A stretch of DNA of 64,000 nt from Eledone cirrhosa (lineage: Eukaryota), in NCBI GenBank assembly GCA_964016885.1, contig OZ024740.1, positions 120,280,001-120,344,000 on the forward strand. Reading direction: 5' to 3'. Numbering within the stretch: the stretch's first letter is position 1; the number at the start of each line of letters is the position of its first letter. Positions 24,682 through 34,772 of the stretch are shown here, piece after piece. The translations under genes were made by a program, and so were the position numbers. The notes under the pieces were generated by a model, which was not told the origin of the DNA, ran no database searches, and worked only from the letters and a program-made list of their open reading frames with translations.

Positions 24682-27600
24682 TGGATATTTACCATGCGAC
24701 CCTCAGTTCCTACCTCACAATTTCCCTCCCCCACACACCACCATAGTCTATTCGACCAATCAAACCTAGCATGCCATTTCCACTGCTGCTGCTGCTACTA
24801 CCTGCCTAACTAACTCTCTCCTCCTCTGGCGCATCCCAACACACCCTGCCATTACCCCACCACCACTGTCCTTCTAGCCCTCAATTTTCCCACCGTTATG
24901 GATGGATGAGCTGGGAATACACGAGCAACTCTGAATCAATAGATGAAATATGAATCTGCGAGCTACCAAGCACCCACGTGAAGCGCCAACCCAGAGACCC
25001 TCCCCTACGAGTGTCGACAAATGCCCAAAACTCCGAGTTGGTACCATCAATGTAGGCTCAATGAAAGGAAGAGCAGGAGAAATCGTAGAAATGCTAGAGC
25101 GAAAGGAAGTTGATGTATGCTGTGTGCAAGAGACTAGATGGAGAGGAGGGTCTGCTAGAGTCCTTGTAGGAAAAAGCCAGTGCTACAAATTTTTCTGGGT
25201 GGGAAATGACGATGGGATGGGTGGTGTAGGTATACTATTAGCTGACAAGTGGGTAGATAAAGTAATCTCAGTGTACAGGGTAAATGCAAGAATCATTAAA
25301 CTCAGACTAGTCCTGAATAAGACAATTACCACAATAATATCAGCTTACGCACCCCAATCGGGGCTGCCAGACGAACTTAAGGATAGGTTTTACGAGTCCC
25401 TAATACACACTACTGCTCTAACAGACGACAAGGACTTCCTAATCATTGCAGGAGATTTTAACGGACACGTAGGTAAACACTGCGACGGCTTCAATAGAGT
25501 ACATGGAGGCCATGGAGTTGGCACAAGGAATGAGGAAGGATTCAGACTTCTAGAATTCTGCGACGCCAATGACATGTCGATATGTAACACAAACTTTAAA
25601 AAACCCGACAACCACCTGATCACCTATAGATCAGGGGAGCACTCTAGTCAGTTAGATTTTATTCTCATCAGAGGACGTGACAGATGGACGGTCGTAAACA
25701 CAAAAGCCTTCCCTAGTGAGGAATGTACATCCCAACATAGCTTAGTTGTCAGCGACCTCACGGTCAGAACTAGACGAGCCCTGAAACAGAGGCCAACCTG
25801 GAGAAGAAAGATCTGGAAGCTGAAAGTCCCCTCAACCAGTAACAGATTTAAAGATATTTTACTCAACGCCTACGACAGTAAAGAAGAACAGATAGAGACA
25901 TTTAACGTAGAAGAGAACTGGGAGTTCCTAAAAAATAACTTACTAGAGGCGACGGATGAGGTTTGTGGCTGGAGTAAGACCTCAAGCAGGAGGAGAGTGA
26001 CTTGGTGGTGGAACAATAAGGTAGATGAAGCAGTCAAGGCCAAGAGACAGGCATGGAAAGAATGGAAGAACGGGGGGAGCAGGGTACATTACATAGAGAC
26101 CAAGAGGGAAGCTAGGCGACAAGTATACTTAGCTAGGAGGGAAGCAGAGGATAGAAAATTCAAGCATGTTTTACAACGTGAGGACCAGAAACAGGAGGTA
26201 TTCAAGATTGCGAGGCAGTGTGTCAGAGATAGTTGTGATGTCATTGGAGAGAAGTGTATCCGGAATGATAAAGGTGAGCTTGCCCTCACAAGTGCTGAGA
26301 AGAAAGATGCATGGAAGAGTCATTATGATAGATTACTAAATGAGGAGAATGCATGGGAAGAAGAGACCCTACCCCACGTAGACCCTATAGAGGGACCAGC
26401 AGTACAAGTCAGCGGCAGCGTAGTAAGTAAGGCAATCAGAGATATGAAGATAGGGAAGGCAACCGGTCCATCGGGTATAGCTGCCGAGATGCTGAAGGCA
26501 TCTGGGTCTGTAGGTCACACTATAACCACACGTATCGTTAACCAGGTAATACTAGAGGGGGCCATACCAAAAGATTGGTGCAGTAGCATCATTGTCAACT
26601 GCTACAAAGGTAAAGGCGATGCACTAGATAGAGGAAACTATAGAGGTATAAAGTTGATGGACCAGGTCATGAAAGTAACAGAAAGAGTTATAGCACAGCT
26701 GATTAGGGACCGGGTGAATATAGACGAGATGCAATTTGGGTTTGTTCCAGGGAAAGGCACCACTGATGCGCTCTTCCTTGTGAGGCAATTACAGGAAAAG
26801 TACCTAGCTAAAAGTAAGCCACTCTACTTGGCATTTGTCGACCTTGAGAAAGCCTTTGACAGAGTTCCACGTGCAGTAATCTGGTGGGCTCTTAGAAAAC
26901 TAGGAGTAGATGAATGGCTTGTGAAAGCGGTACAAGCCATGTATAGGGGAGCAGTCAGCAAAGTTAGGATTGGCAATGAGTATAGCGAGGAATTTAGCGT
27001 ACAGGTTGGGGTCCACCAGGGCTCTGTTCTTAGCCCTCTCCTGTTCATCATAGTCCTGCAGGCAATAACGGAGGAGTTTAAGACCGGATGCCCATGGGAA
27101 CTCCTGTATGCTGATGACCTCGCACTCATAGCTGAATCTATGGTAGAACTAGAGAATAAATTCCAAACCTGGAAGCAGGGACTAGAGAGAAAGGGCCTCA
27201 AAGTCAACATGACAAAGACTAAGGTCCTTATAAGTAGACGAGAAAACAGAACCCAGATCCCCTCAGGGAAATGGCCTTGCTCAGTATGTAGGAAAGGTGT
27301 AGGTAGGAACTCCATTCTTTGCCCCAAATGCAAACAATGGGTACACAAGAGATGTAGCGGGATCTCAGGAAGCTTAATTAAGAATGTAGGATTCACATGC
27401 AGCAGCTGTGCTGAAACAGCAAGCAAACAGCCACAGGAAACAAGTACCACCAATCTCTGGGAGGGCCCTGTAGAAACAGTAGACAGCTTCTGCTACCTAG
27501 GTGACCGAATTAGCAACGGAGGTGGGTGCTCAGAAAGTACAATAACTAGGGTAAGAACGGGATGGAAGAAGTTTAGGGAACTACTACCACTGCTAGCTGC

Positions 27601-28370
27601 AAAAGGCTTCTCCCTCAGAATGAAAGGCAGACTGTATGATGCGTGTATCCGAACAGCGATGTTGCATGGTAGTGAGACCTGGGCGCTGAAGGTGGAAGAC
27701 TTACGTAGATTAGAGAGAAACGAAGCCTGCATGCTCCGATGGATGTGTAACAGTAATATACGTGAACGACAAAGCATAAATGAATTGAGAGAGAGACTGA
27801 GCATAAGAGGAATCAAATGCTGCGTGCAGGAGAGGCGGTTACGCTGGTATGGACATGTGATGCGTATGAAGGATGACAGCTGCATAAAAAGGTGCAGAGC
27901 ACTAGAAGTTGATGGAAACCGCGGAGTGGGGAGACCCAAGATGACTTGGGATGAGGTGATAAGAGCCGACCTTACCCAACTACACCTCTCAAAGTCAATG
28001 ACACACGACCGTGACTTCTGGCGTCACGCAGTAATACAGGGTACCCGACCTCCCATGGGTACATGCTGAAGCATATAAACAATATGCCCCCCCCCCCCCC
28101 ACCGCAAGGTGGTCGTGGAGGTGCCACGGCAAAAAAGCACCCAGCCCACACTGTAAAGTGGACGTGTAGGCGCCACGAAAAAGCACCCAGCACTCACTGT
28201 AAATGAGGTTGGTGTTAGGAAGGGCATCCAGCTGTAGAAATCAAGCCAGATCAGTTCCTGTATGAGCAAGGCATGGTCAGCCGACCAGACACTGCCCACA
28301 ACAGGACAACCCGTCTAACCCATGCTAGCGTGGAAGAACGGACGTAAAACGGTGATGATGATGATGATGA

Positions 28371-28374
<4 letters not shown>
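24682..28374 (+). mobile_element. Apparently full-length RTE-clade LINE, subfamily A (5' boundary may extend to 23421)
   Basis: C-rich 5' region, single 1039-aa ORF, about 300-nt 3' UTR and a (GAT)n tail running into (TA)n. Confidence 0.93.
24950..28069 (+). CDS. RTE LINE polyprotein: AP endonuclease plus reverse transcriptase with embedded PHD-type zinc finger
   Basis: APE motifs TINVGS, CCVQETRW, SAYAPQ, AGDFNGHVG, SQLDFIL, SQH; RT motifs NYRGIKL, QFGF, FVDLEKAFD, GVHQGSVLSP, YADD, FCYLG; RTE C-terminal RRLRWYGHVMRM..GRPK.TW. No stops. Confidence 0.95.
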   Translation: MNLRATKHPREAPTQRPSPTSVDKCPKLRVGTINVGSMKGRAGEIVEMLERKEVDVCCVQETRWRGGSARVLVGKSQCYKFFWVGNDDGMGGVGILLADKWVDKVISVYRVNARIIKLRLVLNKTITTIISAYAPQSGLPDELKDRFYESLIHTTALTDDKDFLIIAGDFNGHVGKHCDGFNRVHGGHGVGTRNEEGFRLLEFCDANDMSICNTNFKKPDNHLITYRSGEHSSQLDFILIRGRDRWTVVNTKAFPSEECTSQHSLVVSDLTVRTRRALKQRPTWRRKIWKLKVPSTSNRFKDILLNAYDSKEEQIETFNVEENWEFLKNNLLEATDEVCGWSKTSSRRRVTWWWNNKVDEAVKAKRQAWKEWKNGGSRVHYIETKREARRQVYLARREAEDRKFKHVLQREDQKQEVFKIARQCVRDSCDVIGEKCIRNDKGELALTSAEKKDAWKSHYDRLLNEENAWEEETLPHVDPIEGPAVQVSGSVVSKAIRDMKIGKATGPSGIAAEMLKASGSVGHTITTRIVNQVILEGAIPKDWCSSIIVNCYKGKGDALDRGNYRGIKLMDQVMKVTERVIAQLIRDRVNIDEMQFGFVPGKGTTDALFLVRQLQEKYLAKSKPLYLAFVDLEKAFDRVPRAVIWWALRKLGVDEWLVKAVQAMYRGAVSKVRIGNEYSEEFSVQVGVHQGSVLSPLLFIIVLQAITEEFKTGCPWELLYADDLALIAESMVELENKFQTWKQGLERKGLKVNMTKTKVLISRRENRTQIPSGKWPCSVCRKGVGRNSILCPKCKQWVHKRCSGISGSLIKNVGFTCSSCAETASKQPQETSTTNLWEGPVETVDSFCYLGDRISNGGGCSESTITRVRTGWKKFRELLPLLAAKGFSLRMKGRLYDACIRTAMLHGSETWALKVEDLRRLERNEACMLRWMCNSNIRERQSINELRERLSIRGIKCCVQERRLRWYGHVMRMKDDSCIKRCRALEVDGNRGVGRPKMTWDEVIRADLTQLHLSKSMTHDRDFWRHAVIQGTRPPMGTC

Positions 28375-28413
<39 letters not shown>

Positions 28414-28538
28414 ATACATACACATAACTATATATATTTGTGTATATACATACACATTAGAATTCATATGTATGTTTGCAAGTATTTATAGATATATGTT
28501 TTTAAGTAGTTAGATATCAATAGGTTTGCTCACACACA

Positions 28539-28724
28539 TTGTTTCTACTTTTGGCACAAGGCCAGCAATTTAACCAGTGTATTACTGGTACTTTATTTTA
28601 TCGACCCCGTAAGGATGAAAGGCAAAGTTAACCTCGGCGGGATTTGAACTCAGTCCGTAAAGGGACGTAACTGTGGTGCAAAGCATGGTATCCGACCCTC
28701 TACCGATACTGCCAATCCACCACC
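28539..28724 (-). mobile_element. SINE family 2
   Basis: Minus strand ggtggattggcagtatcggtagagggtcgga head, B-box gagttcaaatccc and core gcctttcatccttacggggtcgataaaataaagtacc. Confidence 0.85.
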
Positions 28725-30457
28725 CACAAACAAGTGAAACAATGATTACCTATTCTGAACTGAACTTCAGGGAAAAGATAATCTGGTTATCTTCATCACT
28801 ATATAATATTTTATGTGGAAAAATTCCAGGAACGTTGTTAAATAGAATTATTTTAGGATTAGGTTAATCTAGTCACTGATGGCTATTTACTTTCTTGAAT
28901 GACCTTCTTTTCTTAGTATTTTTATATAAGTTCAAATTTTTGTGCTTTATTTTACTGCAAAATTAATTCCTAATAAACTCTGACCTATCAAAGCTTTCCA
29001 TGTTCTCAATGGAATTATCAAAATTGTAGGGGGAAAACAGTTAAATCTACCAAATATATGACGAATCTGAGTTGATTGTTTTTCCTTTTATATATATATA
29101 TTTTTTTTGTTTCGATGCTATTTTGATTTTGATTGCAAAAGTTGTTTACATGTTAAGAAAAAAATGAAAGTGATTCTGATCATGGCTGTATTCTGATCAC
29201 AATGCTGACAAGGCTAAAGTCTAGGAGCCCTGCAGGGATAAGGGTCCAGAGTATTTCTTTTTTCTGTAGCAGAGTGAAAATTTGTAGAGCCTGAGGGGAC
29301 CTGAAATACCTGAAAGCCTTGAGGCTTGGCGATATGTCACTAACTCTGATTCTATTTCATATTTTGTTGATCCCTTTGCTACTGAAGAATTCAAACATAA
29401 AGCTGTAAGCCATAAAGTGTTCTGACTGGTAAAACACTATTCTGGTGAAATTGGTTTATTCTATTTAGTTACTTATTTTGTTTATACAGATATATAAAAG
29501 ATAGAGTTGCTATTTACAGTATTTGAAACAGAAAATCATAAGCTCATAAATTGATACTGCACTGATTATTCTATTTTCATAGCTCTCTAATATTCTGAAC
29601 TGCTTAACCAAGAGAGGTATTTAAATATTGTAGTTTTCATTAAAAAGAAAAATTGCTAATTTCATTACATTTATTCCTGACAGGGAACCGTTTGAGATGG
29701 GGTGGCTGTGCTGTGGGTGCCTCTGAACATTCTACACTGTTACAGTGTATTTGCCATTTTGTCCATGAGGCACTGCTCTGGCTAGGGTGTGGTGTCTGTC
29801 CCACCCCTCTCCCTTTATTTAGTTTCTTGATTCTATTTTTCTTTTTCTTCTTTTAATTTACCTGTTTTTGTTCCCTTTAATAGTGTGTTTTGTTTTTGGA
29901 TAAACAGCTTTGAAAAAATATATAACTAATTTATAAATCTGATATTTTAAATTTCTTCATTTTGTTTCTTTTAAACTTAATAGATTTAATATTGAGATAC
30001 CTTGTATTCGTTCTTTTACTGGACACTATTTCACTTGACAACATTAAAACAATTCTCTACAGTTATATTCCATAAAGTTCATTTAATTGCCAAAAATTAA
30101 AATATAGCAAAGCTTGCTGAAAACAGAATCGATGTTATATTTTCCCTTTTTCTAAACATACTTCAATGTATTCCTCTCTTTTAAATATTTAATAACACAC
30201 TGTGTAAAGTTTGTTTATTGAAAATTTAATAAGGTCTTCCATAACTTTAATAATTTAGTACCTTCATAAATCAAAAGGATCACTTAGATAATTTACTAAA
30301 TGCAGCAAATTAATATCAAACACAATTACGCTTTAAAAAATATGCAGCATAATATGTTTGAACTGCAGTTTCCAGTTAACGGAACTTTTAAAACAAACAT
30401 TCTAGTTAATGCCTCTCAAATTTAAAAGGTTTGGAGATTATATACACATATATATGT

Positions 30458-30755
30458 ATCATCATCATCACCGTTTTACGTCGCTAGTATGGGTTAGATG
30501 GGATGTCCTGTTGTGGGCAATGTTAGGTCGACTGACCTTGTCTTGCTCATACAGGAACTGATTTTGGCTTGATTTCTACAGCTGGATGCCCTTCCTAACA
30601 CCAACCTCATTTACAGTGAGTGCTGGGTGCTTTTTTTCTGTGGCGTCTACACGTCCACTCTACAGTGTGGTTTGGGTGCTTTTTTGTTGTGACACCTCCA
30701 TGACCACTTTGTAGTGGGAGGGGATGTGGGCATATTGCCTATATGCTTTGGCTTC
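30458..30755 (-). mobile_element. RTE subfamily A 3' UTR fragment
   Basis: Reverse complement of about 28065-28370, with an (ATC)n tail. Confidence 0.9.
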
Positions 30756-30759
30756 ACCT

Positions 30760-31943
30760 TCATCATCATCATCAACGTTTAACGTCCGTGTTCCACGCTT
30801 GCATGGGTTTGGACGGGGGTAGTCCCACTTGAGGCAAGAGTGATTGTCTTGCTCGCATAGGACTGTCTGGCAGGTTTTTACCGTGTTGCCTACACGGCCA
30901 CATTACAGCGTGGACTGTGTGTTTTTTTGTCGTGACACCTACACGATCTCATTTGTTTCGGCCTCGATGGCGCGGCACCAACATAACTAGAACGGGGTGG
31001 TGTGGATGGGGTGGTGGTGGTGGGACGGGGTGTATTTTGTTAGAGATGCCTACTGGCTGGAGTAGGTTTTACTATATATTTAGGTAAGGCGGGTCTTCTC
31101 TGTTACTGAGTACCGCCAAAGGTCTCGGTCCAGTGACATTGTCTTGGAGAGGTGTAAGTGTGTGATGTCGGAGTTTATCAGCTCGTCCCAGGTTTTTCTA
31201 GGTCTGCCTATTCCGTGACTACCGTCTATCTTTATTGCCCTGCACTTTGTTATACAGCTATCGACTTTCATGCGCATCACGTGTCCATACCAACGTAGCC
31301 TTCTCTCGAGTAAACAACATCTGATCCCTCTTATCTCTAATTTTTTCCTTAGTTCGTTTATGCTTTGCCGTTCACGTATATTACTGTTACACATCCAGCG
31401 GAGCATGCAAGCTTCGTTCCTCTCTAGTCTGCGTATATCCTCTGCACACAATGCCCAGGTTTCACTGCCATGCAGCATTGCTGTTCGTATGCAGGCATCG
31501 TACAACCTGCCTTTCATTTTTAGGGAGAACCCTTTAGCAGCTAATAGTGGTATAAGCTCTCTGAACTTTTTCCAACCAGTTCTGACTCTAGCTACAGTAC
31601 TTTCAGAGCACCCTCCCCCACTGCTGATTTTATCGCCCAGGTAACGGAAGCTGTCCACTATTTCTATAGAACCCTCTGCGCAATTGAAAGAGCTAGTATT
31701 TTGTGGGCACTTGCTGCTACTTATTGCACCAGAACACCGGCCACATGTAAAATCTATGTTCTTAGTTAGCTTACCTGTGATCCCACTACATCTTTTATGC
31801 ACCCATACTTTGCATTTAGGACATAAAATGGAGTTTCTACCTACGCCTTTCCTACACACCGAGCACGACCATTTCCCAGAAGGGACCGCCGCCTTGTTTT
31901 CTTTCCTACAAACTAGTACTTTGGTCTTAGCCAGGTTAATTTT
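30760..31943 (-). mobile_element. 5'-truncated RTE subfamily B
   Basis: ORF 31080-31859 is nearly identical to the C-terminus of 11462-13591; (ATC)n tail at 30760; internal deletion in the 3' UTR. Confidence 0.95.
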
Positions 31944-33224
31944 TATATATATAAATATTGTACACCCTAAAAAGGGTGAGGAAATTCAGTGGTACTGTCT
32001 CACATGTAACTACCTTGTTTTCACATAATTGCTTTCTTCTAAACATACATAATTATAAAGCCTGGTATAGAAAATAGTTTTGCATGCTCATTCTTTTATT
32101 TTTGTCCTTAAGATGTACATTTCTTTACTCTTTTCTGATACTTCATGTAATGTTCCAGGTATTGCTCATGATACTTGATATTTTTGAACATTGGTTAGAT
32201 GATAAATACATGAGCATATGCTTATGTGTAACTCCCAGGTTAAATGAATTTTCAGGTTTTAGAACTAAATGTTATATAATTTAGGAGTTATTAAATTTAC
32301 ACCATGATAAAAACAATTCTGAGTTGCCATTATGCAAAAATCAAAAATATGTGTTCAGAGTTCATCAACTCAAGTTGGCGAGTTCATTAATTGGTCTGGA
32401 GATATTAGTGAGTCTAAAACGAGAATTTCAAATGTAAGCCTTGATTTACTATTCAATCCAACCCATTGTTCGATTATAAATTGCATGTGAGAGATAGTAT
32501 TCAGCTCTTCATCATATGTTAAATATAAAACATTCATTAATATGGTTACTCAAAACTATAAGATCCATTTAAATTGTGATGCAAAAAGTAAATAAATATG
32601 TGCTAATTTACAAAAAATCAAAACGATCCTGCAAAACACGTTTCACTCAATTAAAATAACAAGACAGTGACACTCTAAAATTTTAGTTGAAATAGTGAAA
32701 TATAATATGACAAGGATTTATTCCTGTACAGCAGCTCATGAAAGAATTAAATAATTTATGAAAACAAAGGAATTGATACAATTATAAATTACTGGATTAT
32801 CATCATCTTTAGGGGTGAAAAATAATTTTGATATGTCTGATATTCGACCATCATTAGCTGTTTCATGGATGGTTGTGTACTTATTACCAAACTTCAATTG
32901 TTGAATTCTAATCTAAGGACAAAAACATACTTATAGTTATTTGAATATCATGTTTTTCATAAAATACTGCTGTATCAAGTTTAGGTCTGTAGTGAGCTTA
33001 CTGATTGGGTTTTCAGCAGTGATATATGTACTGTTTCTCTGTTTTTTCTAAGGTTCCACTGTGGTTCTCCATCAGTTATAGAAATTTCATTCAAATTGTG
33101 GTATTCCCAATATTGGCAAAAAGTCTTATGGAAGAGAAACTAGCTACTAGCCACATATAATTTGTTCCCTCATGTTGTAGTTACTATCAATGATAAAATC
33201 AAACAACAGACACGTCATTAATGA

Positions 33225-33430
33225 ATAAGAATGTGAATGATATTAATAATGATGATGATGATGATGACAATAATGATATCAATAATAATAATATTAATAA
33301 TGATAATATTAATAATAATGATAATGGTAACAGGATGAAGAATAGCAATAAGAACAAGAAAAGTAAGTTAATGAAGTCTATGATGAAGAAAATGAAAAAG
33401 TTGATGAAGAAGAAAAGTCAAGAAGAAACG
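33225..33430. repeat. Low-complexity (AAT/GAT/GAA)n region
   Basis: Trinucleotide runs that explain spurious ORF 33221-33442. Confidence 0.8.
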
Positions 33431-34132
33431 ATTATCAATTGACTAGTAATCCATTCAGTAGCATGCAACCCTGACACATAATGCTGTTGGCTATAACAGC
33501 ATGTTGTGCAATGCATAATGCAGTGTAATTTAAATTTGAAATGTCCACTTTGCAAAGATAACAGAAATACTGGCTGGAAGTTCTTCACATGGACCTAAAT
33601 ATCAAAACATTTCTATATAACAACAATGCCAGCGGATAACAGAAATGATATACAGTTTATTATTAAAGCCAACATGAACAGAATCCCCTATATTCAGAAT
33701 ATCATTACATATGTACATACACACTCTGTATAAGTGTGGGTGTGTCTATAATTATATGTATGTGTGAGTATGTGACATATATATTCTTTATTCTTTTACT
33801 GGTCTCATTCACCAGGCAGTGGCCATGCTTGGACACCATCCTGATTCAGTCCACCACCTTGATTTAGGGTATCATATCGACTGTAGTACTTACATTTTAA
33901 TGTCTAGTATATAGTTTATCTGTCACTTTTTTATTGAATAGTTATGTTACAAAACATAAATAAAGATACAGAATGGTTGACACTCAGACACACCGGTGCT
34001 GTGGGAATTCTTTCCACCTGCAGGGTTTATATGTCCAACCTCTAAGACTATTTTCCATAGTCAAACAACGTTGATGCTTCTTTCAACTTCCTATTGGTTA
34101 ACGATTCTAAAAATTGAAATATATATATATAT

Positions 34133-34190
<58 letters not shown>

Positions 34191-34195
<5 letters not shown>

Positions 34196-34528
34196 CATGG
34201 CTTAGTGGTCAGAGCATTGGCCTTGCAATCAAAAGGTTGTGAGTTCAATTCTCAGACTGGGTGATGTGTTGTTTCCTTGATCAAGACACTTTATTTCACA
34301 TTGCTCCAGTTTACTCAGCTGTAGAAATGAGATGATAGGACTGGGGTGCCTATCATTCCACTGCAAAGTGGTCGTGGAGGTGCCACAGTAAAAAGCACCC
34401 ACCACTCACTGTAAATGAGGTTGGTGTTAGGAAGGGCATCCAGCTGTAGAAATCAAGCCAGAATCAGTTCCCGTCCCACCCTTGCAAGCAGGGAAAAAGC
34501 GGACGTAAAATGATGATGATGATGATGA
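34191..34528 (+). mobile_element. tRNA-derived SINE family 1 with RTE-related 3' half
   Basis: A-box tggcttagtgg, B-box gagttcaattc, central tccttgatcaagacacttta, 3' part matching the RTE 3' UTR, (TGA)n tail; preceded by (GA)n. Confidence 0.9.
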
Positions 34529-34554
34529 TATATATATATATTTGACTATTTGAT

Positions 34555-34695
34555 TACCTTTTGCAGTTTCTATCAATTTTCACTCACAAAGCATTAGTCA
34601 AACTAAGGGTATAACAGAAAACTCTTGCCCAAGGTGCAACATAGTGGGACTGAACCCAGAACCACATACTTGTAAAGAAAACTTGTTAACCATAT
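34555..34695 (-). mobile_element. Old tRNA-derived SINE 5' half (family 3); the 3' half is probably 33785-33990
   Basis: cttgcccaaggtgcaacatagtgggactgaacccagaacc (B-box gggttcagtccc on the minus strand); related diverged copies at 46878-47220 and 49425-49565. Confidence 0.55.
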
Positions 34696-34772
34696 ATATA
34701 TATATACATAAATATATGTATATATACTATATGTAATATATTATATGTAATATATTATATGTAATATAATAT

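Noticed and set aside
26824-27939. Long minus-strand ORFs (also 12574-13515, 31270-32028, 50724-51346, 54847-55524)
   Set aside because: They are antisense shadows of RTE coding sequence with no independent domain signal.
33221-33442. N/D/K-rich 73-aa ORF
   Set aside because: Trinucleotide low-complexity tract.
34191-34265. tRNA gene (also 44219, 43234 and others)
   Set aside because: The A/B boxes run directly into SINE bodies and no complete cloverleaf is present.
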